Source: Gammaproteobacteria bacterium (GTDB lineage Bacteria; Pseudomonadota; Gammaproteobacteria; UBA6429; Thiohalophilaceae). Taken from it: a DNA stretch of 64,000 nt. The translations under genes and the position numbers were made by a program. The notes under the pieces were generated by a model. It was not told the DNA's origin. It saw nothing but the letters and a program-made list of their open reading frames with translations, and did no database searches. The stretch lies in assembly GCA_026196045.1 (NCBI GenBank), contig JAPHRJ010000042.1:4151-68150 (forward strand). The letters run 5' to 3'. Shown piece after piece: positions 38,318 through 48,555 of the stretch (positions within the stretch are counted from its first letter, which is position 1; every line of letters begins with the position of its first letter).

Positions 38318-39247
38318 CTAATAAACCGGTACTGGCTTAAACCCTCTCTGCCTGAGTAATTGCAGCAGCCCTTTTTCTCCTGGCAAATGCAGTGCGCCCA
38401 CAGCAATAAAGGCATTACCCTCCTTTAGAATAGGCAACATGCGTTCTAACATACGTAGATTGCGTTTAATAATGACCTCAGTATCTATTACTTTCACAAG
38501 TTCAGGATCACTTTGTTCCATGAACCCATAACTCAGCTCATATATTTCAGTCAGATTTCGATTCAGGTAAGCTTTAGTCAATAATTCAATCATTTTTTGT
38601 GAATCGGCATGTTGCGCAATGGCTTCATTGAGCATGGTAATCTGCAACTTCAGAGGCATATCATCAAAAAGTGACATTTGTTCATCGACTGATTCCAGCC
38701 CGTAAAGTTTTTTACCTGCGGCTTTTGCTTCTCTATACATAAAAAGATCAAGAAACTGGCCAGATGCTTTCGGCATACTTAATGTCACGGCGACCGCCCA
38801 GGGTTTCATTTTTTTTACCAACAGCTCTGGGATCCCATAATCATCCAGCAGATTTACACATTGTTGAAATACAGACTTATCGACTAATTCATCCAGCGAT
38901 TTCTTCCCGCTTAAAAACATCGACAGATTTGCCTTTAGCAGTGTAGCCGGCTCCATTTTTATTTCAGCGGTAAAGCTATCTGCCTTATTAAATGCCTGCT
39001 GCACCTGGGTAGGTAGTTTTAAAATACGTTCGTCCGCACTATGGATCGTTCCAAGAACATAGCTGGGAATATAGTTGGGAATAAGACCAGATTCAGCATT
39101 AGTCTCAATGCGCCACAATAAGGCAGTCTGGTTTTCCCCAACGGCTAGCACTAATGGTATGCAGGCAAGGCACACACCAAAAAGAAAAATACGAAAAATT
39201 GAAAATACAGAAATCTTGGGGGGCATTTCAACGCTCATAACTATCAC
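38318..39247 (-). CDS. TraB/GumN family protein
   Basis: Signal/TM, LLWRI, LGTIH, and AFIAVGALHLPGEKGLLQLL, typical of the family. Confidence 0.8.
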   Translation of the reverse strand: MIVMSVEMPPKISVFSIFRIFLFGVCLACIPLVLAVGENQTALLWRIETNAESGLIPNYIPSYVLGTIHSADERILKLPTQVQQAFNKADSFTAEIKMEPATLLKANLSMFLSGKKSLDELVDKSVFQQCVNLLDDYGIPELLVKKMKPWAVAVTLSMPKASGQFLDLFMYREAKAAGKKLYGLESVDEQMSLFDDMPLKLQITMLNEAIAQHADSQKMIELLTKAYLNRNLTEIYELSYGFMEQSDPELVKVIDTEVIIKRNLRMLERMLPILKEGNAFIAVGALHLPGEKGLLQLLRQRGFKPVPVY

Positions 39248-39342
39248 TTTAATACATATTTAGGCGAAAAGCAGGCGCATCCACGATTAGATAATTACTT
39301 TTCACAATCGCAATTTTTGGGGCATTCCTGTATGCTGCGCGC

Positions 39343-39963
39343 ATGAGAAATAAACCTGAAAAAGGCATAGCCCAACGTTTTCGCGGGTTCCTGCCTGTTG
39401 TTGTTGATGTTGAAACTGCCGGGTTTGATGCCAAAAAGAATGCCTTACTGGAAATTGCAGCCCTGCCCATTCTAATGGATGAAATGGGTAAAGTTGTTCC
39501 CGGTGAAACCATTGACTGTTATGTTGAACCTTTCCCTGGCTCAGAGCTTGACCCCAAGGCACTTGAATTTACTGGTATCGATCCATTCCATCCCTTTCGT
39601 ATGGCCAAACCTGAAGCTGAAGCACTGAAAATAATTTTTGACCCCCTGAGTGATTACCTTGAGGAGACCCGTTGCAGTCGGGCTATCCTGGTCGGCCACA
39701 ATCCATTTTTTGATCTGGGCTTTATACACGCCGCGTCCAGTCGCTGCGGTTTCAGTAAAACACCATTTCATCAGTTTAGTACTTTTGATACCGCAACATT
39801 AGGTGGGCTGGCCTTCGGCCAAACCGTACTGGCACGAGCAGCTCAGGCGGCGGGGATCCAGTGGAATAATAGTGAGGCACATTCTGCTGTTTATGATGCT
39901 GAGCGAACAGCAGAGCTGTTCTGCCACATCATTAACAAATGGGATAGAGTTGACCCTCCTTAA
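39343..39963 (+). CDS. rnt: Ribonuclease T
   Basis: RFRGFLPVVVDVETAGFDAKKNALLEIAA...VGHNPFFDLGF...SAVYDAERTAELFC. Collinear with E. coli RNase T (DEDDh). Confidence 0.93.
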   Translation: MRNKPEKGIAQRFRGFLPVVVDVETAGFDAKKNALLEIAALPILMDEMGKVVPGETIDCYVEPFPGSELDPKALEFTGIDPFHPFRMAKPEAEALKIIFDPLSDYLEETRCSRAILVGHNPFFDLGFIHAASSRCGFSKTPFHQFSTFDTATLGGLAFGQTVLARAAQAAGIQWNNSEAHSAVYDAERTAELFCHIINKWDRVDPP

Positions 39964-40002
39964 TCTCCTTTCTCCTCTTAGTCAGGCTGAGTATTATTTC
40001 TT

Positions 40003-42081
40003 TTAGCTTGCTGTCATCTGCACTGGCAAACTAATTTCAAAACAAAAACCCCGATTTGGTTCAGAGTAAGCATTCAGATTACCCCCCATTGACTCAATAA
40101 TGGAATAACTAATAGGCAGACCCAAACCGATCCCCCCGGTCTTGGTGGTAAACAGTGGTTTCATAATTTCCTCCAGGAGTTCATCCTCTACACCTGGACC
40201 GGTATCACAAACACGCAACTGAACTGCATTATGGTTAACATTAGTTGAAATAGTTAATACCCGCGTTTTCAGTTCTGCCGTTTGCATTGCTTCAATAGCA
40301 TTAAATGACAGGTTAAGAATCACCTGCTGTAATAAAATAGTATCCGCAATAATATTTGGTATGGTTGGAGACAAAATAGATACCAGACTAACGTCAGCAC
40401 TCCTGGCTTTTTCTTCAATTAATTTTATTGTCTCTTCAACGACTTCATTCACGTCTACCGTTGAAAAACGTATGTCCTTTCTATTCACAAACTCCCTGAG
40501 CTTTTTAACAATTTTTCCTGCTCGTGTCGCTTCATCTGACATGCAGGTCATAATATCTTTGATTTCAGTATCTGACAGTTTCTCACTTGCTAGCCGTGTC
40601 AATGCCCCACGGCTATAACATATTATCGAAGTAAGTGGCTGGCTGATCTCATGCGCAAGACTGGTACCTAATTCACCAACAGAAATGTATCGACTTAACC
40701 TGGCCAGTTCTTCCTGTTGTTGTTTACGATTTTCTGCGGCCTCTTTTCTTTCAGTAATATCTTCAGCAATACCTGCGATGCGATATAATTCACCTGATTC
40801 GTTATATACAGGAAAACCTTTATCATGGATCCAGCGAATACTGCCATCACGTTGAACTATTCTATATTCATAATCAAATTTTGTGCCCTTGCTTAATTTT
40901 TCAAAACTGGTTACAACTTCATTCACATCATCGCTATGAATTGGTTTTGTCCAGTTATTACTATCCTCCAGCAATGCTTCGACTTTTGTTTCCCATATAT
41001 TTTCGTAAGAAGGACTGGCATAGATCACATCTCCTGTCTTAGCATCTGCTAGCCAGAACACTTCTTTAATATTATCTGAGACCTGCCGAAGGCGTAATTC
41101 ACTTTCCTTTAATTGCTGGTGCGATTGCCGAAGAGAATGTTCAGCTTGCTGCCTCTCAGAAAACAGTGCAGCAACAATCAGAGACGTAATCACCGTAATG
41201 GCGATAAATGTAACCACCAATAAAAGATTAAGATGTCCATCATGAATGGCAAAGGTATCCCAATAAGGGTGATAAGCAACTAATAAAATACTACTCACTA
41301 TTGCCGTTGCTAGCGTCGCACCCTTCTGTCCCCACAAAATTGCCGCAATCACCGTCAATGGCATGATCAAGTAAAATGAGGCTAATTGAGTCGTTATACC
41401 TAAATCATGAGGTATGAAACTATAATAACTGGCAAGGGTTAACAGCGAGATAACCGCAAGGAACTGCATATAATTTTTTGTACTCAGATGATAATCCTGA
41501 GCAGCCAATTTCGGTAGTGTCAGCTTTGTTTGCGGTAACAACGCCTGTATTTTTTTAACTACGGAATAACGCCAGGCCAGTCCCAAAGGCAGGATCAGAA
41601 GAATACCTATCGCATCTCCCAACCACCACATTGCCCAGATAAATCCAAATTCAGACCAACTGGCACCAATTTCTAACATCATCGCAATACTTCCCAGAGT
41701 ACTGGATATCAGGGGGGCGACAAATGCAATGATGGAAAAATAGGCTACGTGCTTTACTGTATTGAAGGTCAGTTCAAAACCCGCTTTTTGCAGCAGGAAC
41801 CAGGCGATGATCGCTTCAAACGCATTGCCACTTGCAGCAATCATAGCAACAGGAAAAGAAATTCCATGATTACTTGCCAGTAAAGCTATGCCTAGAAAAA
41901 CGGCGGGCCAGTAGCGTGTGCCTACCAGCAAAAAAACCATGAGCATTAACCCTGACGGGGGCCAGAACGGCGTAACCCCTGCAATCCCTGTTTTAATGAG
42001 CAGCCCAACCTCACCAAATATAAAATACAGCACACCATAGAGTACGCACTGCAACAGGTATGATAGATAAAATTTAGTCAT
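40003..42081 (-). CDS. Sensor histidine kinase with a MASE1 membrane domain, PAS, HisKA and HATPase_c
   Basis: N-terminal ~300-aa polytopic region with TPFWPPSGL (MASE1-like), a PAS domain (WIHDKGFPVYNESGELYRIAGIAEDITERK), H-box LAHEISQPL, DTGPGV and GIGLGL. Confidence 0.85.
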   Translation of the reverse strand: MTKFYLSYLLQCVLYGVLYFIFGEVGLLIKTGIAGVTPFWPPSGLMLMVFLLVGTRYWPAVFLGIALLASNHGISFPVAMIAASGNAFEAIIAWFLLQKAGFELTFNTVKHVAYFSIIAFVAPLISSTLGSIAMMLEIGASWSEFGFIWAMWWLGDAIGILLILPLGLAWRYSVVKKIQALLPQTKLTLPKLAAQDYHLSTKNYMQFLAVISLLTLASYYSFIPHDLGITTQLASFYLIMPLTVIAAILWGQKGATLATAIVSSILLVAYHPYWDTFAIHDGHLNLLLVVTFIAITVITSLIVAALFSERQQAEHSLRQSHQQLKESELRLRQVSDNIKEVFWLADAKTGDVIYASPSYENIWETKVEALLEDSNNWTKPIHSDDVNEVVTSFEKLSKGTKFDYEYRIVQRDGSIRWIHDKGFPVYNESGELYRIAGIAEDITERKEAAENRKQQQEELARLSRYISVGELGTSLAHEISQPLTSIICYSRGALTRLASEKLSDTEIKDIMTCMSDEATRAGKIVKKLREFVNRKDIRFSTVDVNEVVEETIKLIEEKARSADVSLVSILSPTIPNIIADTILLQQVILNLSFNAIEAMQTAELKTRVLTISTNVNHNAVQLRVCDTGPGVEDELLEEIMKPLFTTKTGGIGLGLPISYSIIESMGGNLNAYSEPNRGFCFEISLPVQMTAS

Positions 42082-42185
42082 GTAAAGGTAAACGATGTCC
42101 CTGCTTAAAGTGAATTAAATCACGATCCTTCGGAATAATATTTATTATAAATAAACAGCTCGTTATATTTTTCCCCATCATACAA

Positions 42186-42220
42186 AAAAGGGGAGCCTGA
42201 TAACAACAGGCTCCCCTTTT
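42186..42220 (-). terminator. Rho-independent terminator of grxD
   Basis: On the minus strand, aaaaGGGGAGCCTG-ttgttat-CAGGCTCCCC-tttttt. A 10-bp GC-rich stem plus a T run, 22 nt after the grxD stop. Confidence 0.8.
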
Positions 42221-42241
42221 GATGGTTGAATGACTACCGAT

Positions 42242-42562
42242 TTATTTTTTATCGACAGCCTCCTGTACCGCCTTTTTCAACTCGCCTTTCTGGAACATTT
42301 CCAGCGTGATGTCACAACCACCAATGAGTTCACCATCAATATAAATCTGTGGGAATGTTGGCCAGTTTGCATAACGAGGCAGGTTTTCAAAAATTTCAGG
42401 ATCCATCAGGACGTTTACATGTGCAAACTCACGTTCACATGACATTAATGCCTGGGCTGCGCGACTGGAAAAACCACACTGTGGCATTTGTGGTGTACCT
42501 TTCATGAAAATGACCACAGGATTATTTTCAACCTGCTGTTTAATACGCTCCATTACGTCCAT
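42242..42562 (-). CDS. grxD: Monothiol glutaredoxin (Grx4 family)
   Basis: VVIFMKGTPQMPQCGFS (CGFS active site) and WPTFPQIYIDGELIGGCDI. Confidence 0.93.
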   Translation of the reverse strand: MDVMERIKQQVENNPVVIFMKGTPQMPQCGFSSRAAQALMSCEREFAHVNVLMDPEIFENLPRYANWPTFPQIYIDGELIGGCDITLEMFQKGELKKAVQEAVDKK

Positions 42563-42775
42563 AGTTGCTACCTCTATAAAATGTGTTCAACAGGTTAAAC
42601 CTGCTTTGGAATTGGTTCATCTGGGCTTAATTCTTTTCGGCTTAATCCTAAGCACAAAAAAGCTAGCTCTAAAATATATTACCCAATCCTAATATATTTT
42701 CAGACAAAGGGGAATACCAGAGTAAAATAGTATACATTTATTTCCTGTAACCATATCTTTCGTATGGCTCTATTT

Positions 42776-44566
42776 CTAGATTTCAAGCCCATCAATATGA
42801 GTCTGTAACCAAAATTCCAGTAAAGATAAATGCCACAACTTGCTCCCCTGCAGGGCAGTAAAATGCTGATCCGGCTCAGAAAGTAGCTTATCAACATAAC
42901 TTCGCTGGTAAATTCCACGATGTCGACAGGCCTGAGAATTCAGGATATCCTGCATAAACTCTAAAAATTCACCGCGAACATATTTCAGCGCAGGCATGGG
43001 AAAATAACCTTTGGGCCGATCAATAATGGCATCGGGTAATAAGCCCCGGGAAATATGTTTAAGCACATGCTTCCCGCCAGACCCCAGTTTTAGCTCAGGC
43101 GGCATTTGTGCTGCCAGCTCAACCAGATGCTGATCCAGGAACGGTACGCGAGCTTCCAGTCCCCAACCCATGGTCATGTTGTCTACACGTTTGACCGGAT
43201 CATCAACAATTAAGGTCGTCACATCCATATGCAGGACCCGATCAATAAACTCATCGGCCAGAGGTTCCGCCAGCAATGCCGCCACTTTGGCACGAGTGTA
43301 ATCTTCGCCAAGATAGTCAGGATGCAACATTTCACTGAATTCAGAATGCGGGCGATCAAAATAATATTTTCCAAAACGCTCCACATCAATGAGGTTGTTA
43401 TTATCCTGATTCATTAATGGGAACCAGAAGTAACCGCCAAATAGCTCATCAGCCCCCTGTCCGCTTTGCACCACTTTGACTTCCTTTGAGACCTGTTCGG
43501 ATAACAGGTAAAAGGCCACGGCATCCTGTCCTACCATCGGCTCCGCCATGCATTTAACCGCTTCAGGCAGGCGAGTTAGTACCTGACTATTTGGAATATG
43601 GTATTTGTGATGGCGGGTCTGATAGCGCTCAACAACCTGATCGGAAAATTCAAACTCACTGCCTTTTTCCTCGGGTTGATCTTCAAAGCCAATGGAAAAG
43701 GTAAGCAGATCCTTCACCCCGGCTTCCGCCAACAGGGCCACCAGTAAACTGGAATCCAGTCCACCCGATAACAACACACCGACAGGCACATCCGCGACAT
43801 CCAGTCGTTTGCGCACAGCGTCACGTAGCGCATCGTGGATGGCATCTGTCCACTCAGCTTCATTCATAACGTGGTCAGGTCGTGTTGCTTTAAGATGCCA
43901 GTAACGAGTTTCAACTGTCTCGGCCTGACAATCGATAGTTAATCCTGTGGCTGGAATCAGTTTACGAACACCGGTGAGAATAGTACGAGGTGCCGGGATC
44001 ACTGCATGCAGAGTGAACTGATGATGCAGGGCGACCGGGTCAATCGAGGTATCGACACCCCCTGCGGCTAATAAGGCCTGGGGGTTGGAAGCAAAACGTA
44101 GGCGCTTGTTATCCTGGGTATAGTACAGAGGTTTAATCCCCATACGATCACGAGCAAGAAACAAGTGCTGCTGTCGCAAATCCCAGATAGCAAAGGCAAA
44201 CATACCATGCAGGTATTCTGGGCAGCGATCCCCCCACTTGTGATACGCCTTGATAATAACTTCAGAGTCACCCTCGGTAAAAAACTGGTAACCATCTCGT
44301 TGTAATTCAGTACGCAACTCACGGTAGTTATAAATGGCACCGTTAAAAACCAGGGCCAGTTGAAGTTGCTTATCGAACAAAGGCTGGTTGGAACGTTCTG
44401 AAAGATCGATAACTGCAAGACGACGGTGGCCCAGGGCAACATGATCATCAGACCATTCACCTTCAAAATCAGGGCCACGTCGTGCCAGTGCCGGCAACAT
44501 ACGTTTTACCGCCGCCGTATCTGGACGCGCACCATCAAATCTTATTTCACCGCAAATGCCACACAT
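42776..44566 (-). CDS. Asparagine synthase family glutamine amidotransferase (AsnB/AsnO-like)
   Basis: N-terminal MCGICGE (Ntn Cys2), LGHRRLAVIDLS, the PP-loop VGVLLSGGLDSS, and QSGQGADELFGGY. Its collinearity with NAGGN-type AsnO is from memory only. Confidence 0.88.
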   Translation of the reverse strand: MCGICGEIRFDGARPDTAAVKRMLPALARRGPDFEGEWSDDHVALGHRRLAVIDLSERSNQPLFDKQLQLALVFNGAIYNYRELRTELQRDGYQFFTEGDSEVIIKAYHKWGDRCPEYLHGMFAFAIWDLRQQHLFLARDRMGIKPLYYTQDNKRLRFASNPQALLAAGGVDTSIDPVALHHQFTLHAVIPAPRTILTGVRKLIPATGLTIDCQAETVETRYWHLKATRPDHVMNEAEWTDAIHDALRDAVRKRLDVADVPVGVLLSGGLDSSLLVALLAEAGVKDLLTFSIGFEDQPEEKGSEFEFSDQVVERYQTRHHKYHIPNSQVLTRLPEAVKCMAEPMVGQDAVAFYLLSEQVSKEVKVVQSGQGADELFGGYFWFPLMNQDNNNLIDVERFGKYYFDRPHSEFSEMLHPDYLGEDYTRAKVAALLAEPLADEFIDRVLHMDVTTLIVDDPVKRVDNMTMGWGLEARVPFLDQHLVELAAQMPPELKLGSGGKHVLKHISRGLLPDAIIDRPKGYFPMPALKYVRGEFLEFMQDILNSQACRHRGIYQRSYVDKLLSEPDQHFTALQGSKLWHLSLLEFWLQTHIDGLEI

Positions 44567-44578
44567 AAGATCAGGGCC

Positions 44579-44603
44579 GAGTGACGAGTGACAAGGGACG
44601 AGG
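44579..44603. repeat. GTGACGA-type heptamer block
   Basis: gagtgacgagtgacaagggacgagg, 13 nt upstream of the asnB-family ATG. It is the same unit as at 17552 and 30303. Confidence 0.5.
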
Positions 44604-44661
44604 AACTGGTTTCATGAAATTTTGCTTCACTAAATATAGATATTCCTAAAAGATGACCAGT

Positions 44662-44742
44662 TTAGACCGTTCGCCCTGAGCTTGTCGATTAGACCGTTCG
44701 CCCTGAGCTTGTCGGTTAGACCGTTCGCCCTGAGCTTGTCGA
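44662..44742. repeat. Tandem repeat, 27 bp x 3
   Basis: TTAGACCGTTCGCCCTGAGCTTGTCG(A/G) occupies 44662-44688, 44689-44715 and 44716-44742. The copies are identical except for the last base. Confidence 0.95.
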
Positions 44743-44770
44743 AGGGTGAATATACGTAAATATAGATATA

Positions 44771-46390
44771 TTATGCTTTTAAACCAAACCCACCACCACC
44801 CGGAGTCTGGATTGTCAGCACATCACCAGCTTCTACATCAACATGCACCTTGGCACCCAGTTCATTACCATTCAGGCTATTGCTTCCTGGCTGGGCATCC
44901 TGTCCACCATTGAGTCCCCATGGCGCATAATAACGACGTTCAGTTAATAAAGTCACCGTAGCCGGTTGTAGAAATTCAAATTCACGAATCAGACCATCAC
45001 CACCCCGGTACTGTCCCCCACCACCTGAATATTCCCGTAGTGCATAACGTTGGATTCGTATTGGATAACAGCTTTCCAGTACTTCAACGGGGGTATTGCG
45101 AGTATTGGTCATATGGGTCTGGATTCCAGATTCTCCCGCTCCCTCTGGCCCGGCCGCACTGCCACCGCCGATGGTTTCATAATAATCCCACACGGCATTT
45201 TTTTCTGGCTGTTCATTCGTTCGACTGCCCCGTGGCCTACTACCCATAGCTAGGTTATTCATACTGCCATGACTGGCCGCGGGAATACGTTCAGGCATGG
45301 CTTTCGCCAATGCACCGAGAACCACATCAACAATCCTTGTACTGGTTTCCACATTTCCAGCCGCCACTGCAGCGGGACGTTGTGCATTGATCAAACTGCC
45401 TGTTGGTGCCTCCAGTGTAATCGGGCGAAAAGTCCCGGCACAGGCTGGAGTCTGGTTCGGCATCAGACAGCGAAACACGTAAAAAACAGCCGCCGCCGCT
45501 ACCGATAAAGGACAATTAATATTGCCGCTAACCTGTCCGGCTGTTCCACTGAAATCGACATGTACCCGATGTTGCTGTACCTGTAAGCGTGCCTTAATAG
45601 GAATCCCTTTTTGGCCCAGGCCATCATCATCCATATAATCAGTAAATTCATAAGCACCATTCGGAATAGCCAGTAGCGCCGATTCAGCCAACCGTTCTGC
45701 GTAGTCGTTCAGACTCACCAGGGCCTTATCAAACTGAGCGGCCCCAGGACTTTTTATGAGTCCGGCCAGTCTGTCTAGCCCGCTATGATTTGCAGAGATC
45801 TGTGCCGATAAATCGCCCTGGCCCGTTTCGCCACTGCGCGTAGCACCAGTGATTTCCTTAAAAAAATCCTGATCCTGTTTCCCTGCTACCACTAATTTTG
45901 TCGGCGGAATAATGATGCCTTCTTCTTCCAGTCTGGACGACAGGGGCATGGAACCCGGTGTTGTTGCCCCAATATCCGCATGATGCGCACGATTGGCGAC
46001 AAATGCCTGTAACTGATTATCGACAAACAAGGGGGCAATCAGGGTGACATCGGGTAAATGGGTCCCACCTAAAAAGGGATCATTGACGATCACCATATCC
46101 CCATCAGTCCAGTCGATCTGGCTGACAATATTCCGCATGGCAAAGGCCATACTGCCAAGGTGAACGGGAATATGGGCGGCCTGGGCGCAGAGCTCACCCT
46201 GTGCATCAAATACGGCGCAGGAAAAATCGAGTCGATCTCGAATATTGGGCGAAAACGCGGCCCGTTGCAGAACCGCCCCCATTTCATCACACACGGCATT
46301 CAGACGGCTGGTAAAAATACTTAATTCAATAGCATTCATCGAGAACCCGTTTATGGCAATATCCGGAAGTTCACCCTGAAACCCGGACAT
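44771..46390 (-). CDS. Hydantoinase B/oxoprolinase family protein
   Basis: MNAIELSIFTSRLNAVCDEMGAVLQRAAFSPNIRDRLDFSCAVFD... is a typical HyuB N-terminus. The true start may be the internal ATG at 46339 (M18) rather than 46390. Confidence 0.85.
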   Translation of the reverse strand: MSGFQGELPDIAINGFSMNAIELSIFTSRLNAVCDEMGAVLQRAAFSPNIRDRLDFSCAVFDAQGELCAQAAHIPVHLGSMAFAMRNIVSQIDWTDGDMVIVNDPFLGGTHLPDVTLIAPLFVDNQLQAFVANRAHHADIGATTPGSMPLSSRLEEEGIIIPPTKLVVAGKQDQDFFKEITGATRSGETGQGDLSAQISANHSGLDRLAGLIKSPGAAQFDKALVSLNDYAERLAESALLAIPNGAYEFTDYMDDDGLGQKGIPIKARLQVQQHRVHVDFSGTAGQVSGNINCPLSVAAAAVFYVFRCLMPNQTPACAGTFRPITLEAPTGSLINAQRPAAVAAGNVETSTRIVDVVLGALAKAMPERIPAASHGSMNNLAMGSRPRGSRTNEQPEKNAVWDYYETIGGGSAAGPEGAGESGIQTHMTNTRNTPVEVLESCYPIRIQRYALREYSGGGGQYRGGDGLIREFEFLQPATVTLLTERRYYAPWGLNGGQDAQPGSNSLNGNELGAKVHVDVEAGDVLTIQTPGGGGFGLKA

Positions 46391-46607
46391 GGGCCGGGAA
46401 ACCCCTAAATAATGATTGATTAAAATACTAGGTTATTATATTATCAGTCACTAATGTTATCAGCATCGGCCTTGAGAATGTTCATATCGATACCATATTG
46501 ATATTCTATGCTGATCAACATGGCAAGCCTACTCAAAAGGCTGAACTTGCCAGGTTATTAGATATGTCATTTTAAATTTAATACTAACAAATTAGGAGCT
46601 CTGAACC

Positions 46608-47186
46608 ATGGCCCACGAACTGCCTGCACTGCCTTATGCGCAAAATGCACTGGAACCCCATATTTCTGCTGAAACTCTGGAATACCACTATGGTAAACAT
46701 CACCAGACGTATGTCACCAATTTAAACAACCTGATCAAGGGTACTGAATTCGAAACGGCTTCACTGGAAGACATTATCATGAAATCTTCTGCGGGCCTGT
46801 TTAACAACGCCGCCCAGGTCTGGAACCACACGTTCTACTGGAATTGCTTAAGCCCTAATGGTGGTGGTGAACCAACGGCTGCTCTAGCCGATGCTATCAA
46901 CAGTGCATTTGGTTCTTTTGCTGATTTCAAGGAAAAGTTCACGACCTCCTGTGTGACCAACTTCGGCTCAGGCTGGACCTGGCTGGTGAAAAACAAAGCT
47001 GGCGCACTGGAAATCGTGAATACCAGCAACGCCGGTTGCCCTCTGACTGACGGAGTCACTCCACTGATGACCTGTGACGTCTGGGAACATGCTTACTACA
47101 TTGACGTTCGCAATGCGCGTCCAAAATATGTAGAAAACTTCTGGAATCTGGTGAACTGGGATTTTGTTGCCAGTAACCTCGGTTAA
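46608..47186 (+). CDS. sodB: Superoxide dismutase (Fe type)
   Basis: [36 protein letters not shown]...[26 protein letters not shown]. Confidence 0.95.
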   Translation: MAHELPALPYAQNALEPHISAETLEYHYGKHHQTYVTNLNNLIKGTEFETASLEDIIMKSSAGLFNNAAQVWNHTFYWNCLSPNGGGEPTAALADAINSAFGSFADFKEKFTTSCVTNFGSGWTWLVKNKAGALEIVNTSNAGCPLTDGVTPLMTCDVWEHAYYIDVRNARPKYVENFWNLVNWDFVASNLG

Positions 47187-47206
47187 TTTTTGCCAGAAGC
47201 TAGCTG

Positions 47207-47236
47207 AAACCCGGTTGCAAGACCGGGTTTTTTTAT
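47207..47236 (+). terminator. Rho-independent terminator of sodB
   Basis: AAACCCGGT-tgcaag-ACCGGGTTT followed by tttttatt. Confidence 0.85.
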
Positions 47237-47348
47237 TGCCAAAATAATGGGATGAATTTGCTCCCTTATCTGGAAAAGGCTAGAATATTGCGTTTCGGCG
47301 GTCTCGAGAGGGGCTGCTTTTTTGTTTTATAGGTTTTGATGATTCGGT

Positions 47349-48521
47349 ATGAACAAACATTTAATGCAAAATTACGCACCCTTACCCGTCACGTTTAAAA
47401 AAGGTGAAGGTGTCTGGCTGTGGGACAACGAAGGGAAAAAATACCTGGATGCATTAAGTGGTGTGGCGGTCTGTAGTCTTGGCCATGCTCACCCGGCTGT
47501 TACCGCAGCGATTTGCCAGCAAGCACAGACACTGGTTCATACCTCTAACTGGTATGAGATTGAAAACCAGTACCGTCTGGCTGAAAAACTGACTGCTCTC
47601 TCCGGTATGGATAATGTCTTCTTCTCCAACTCCGGAGCCGAAGCCAATGAAGCCGCCATCAAACTGGCCCGTCTTTATGGCCACAGCAAAGACATTGCTA
47701 TCCCCAATATTATTGTCATGGAAGGCAGCTTCCATGGCCGCACCATGGCCACCCTGACAGCCACAGGTAACCGTAAAGTCCAGGCGGGCTTCGAACCATT
47801 GGTGCAGGGATTTGTCCGTGCGCCCTACAATGATCTGACAGCACTGGAAAATATTGCCAAAAATAACAACGACGTCGTTGCAGTTATGCTGGAGCCTATT
47901 ATAGGTGAGGGCGGCATACAGATTCCTGATGAAGACTATTTGTCCAGTGTTCGTAAACTCTGTAATAAGCAGGGCTGGTTATTGATCCTGGATGAAATTC
48001 AGACCGGTATGGGTCGGACTGGAAAATGGTTTGCCTATGAACATAGTCAGATCACGCCTGACATTCTAACATTGGCCAAGGCACTGGGTAATGGTATGCC
48101 CATCGGTGCCTGCCTGGCAAAAGGTCAGGCCGCTGAGCTGTTTCAACCAGGCCACCACGGTAGCACTTATGGTGGCAATCCACTGGTTTGCGCCGCTGCC
48201 CTGGCGGTCATTGATACCATGGAAAAAGAAAAGCTACCTCAACGTGCCGCCGAACTCGGCCAACGCATGTTAAAAGGCTTTCAAGCGGCATTAGCCGATG
48301 TCGACAGTGTCGTTGATATTCGAGGCAAAGGCATGATGCTGGCGGTTGAACTGGATCGCCCCTGTGGTGAAATACTAAAACAGGCACTGGATAGTGGTCT
48401 GTTACTCAATATCACGGCGGACAACGTTGTACGTTTATTGCCACCACTGGTACTGACTGATGCGGAAGCGGATCAAATCGTCAGTATGACCAGTAAACTG
48501 ATTCAATCCTTCCTTAACTAA
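47349..48521 (+). CDS. argD: Acetylornithine aminotransferase (class III PLP aminotransferase)
   Basis: [35 protein letters not shown], and TLAKALGNG (PLP lysine). It lies adjacent to argF. Confidence 0.9.
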   Translation: MNKHLMQNYAPLPVTFKKGEGVWLWDNEGKKYLDALSGVAVCSLGHAHPAVTAAICQQAQTLVHTSNWYEIENQYRLAEKLTALSGMDNVFFSNSGAEANEAAIKLARLYGHSKDIAIPNIIVMEGSFHGRTMATLTATGNRKVQAGFEPLVQGFVRAPYNDLTALENIAKNNNDVVAVMLEPIIGEGGIQIPDEDYLSSVRKLCNKQGWLLILDEIQTGMGRTGKWFAYEHSQITPDILTLAKALGNGMPIGACLAKGQAAELFQPGHHGSTYGGNPLVCAAALAVIDTMEKEKLPQRAAELGQRMLKGFQAALADVDSVVDIRGKGMMLAVELDRPCGEILKQALDSGLLLNITADNVVRLLPPLVLTDAEADQIVSMTSKLIQSFLN

Positions 48522-48555
48522 TACTCGCACTCTTTCCTCTGCGAGGGATCTGACT

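Noticed and set aside
42700-42918. A 72-aa minus-strand ORF overlapping the 3' end of the asnB-family gene
   Set aside because: It is in a different frame from a well-supported gene, hydrophobic and low-complexity, and has no start context.
44662-44742. Possible CRISPR array
   Set aside because: The 27-bp units are directly abutting with no spacers. There are only three copies and no cas genes in the window.
46407-46426. Fur-box-like AT-rich sequence (aaataatgattgattaaaat) between hyuB and sodB
   Set aside because: Only the first half (ATAATGAT) matches GATAATGATAATCATTATC and the second half does not. In AT-rich intergenic DNA this is not distinguishable from chance.
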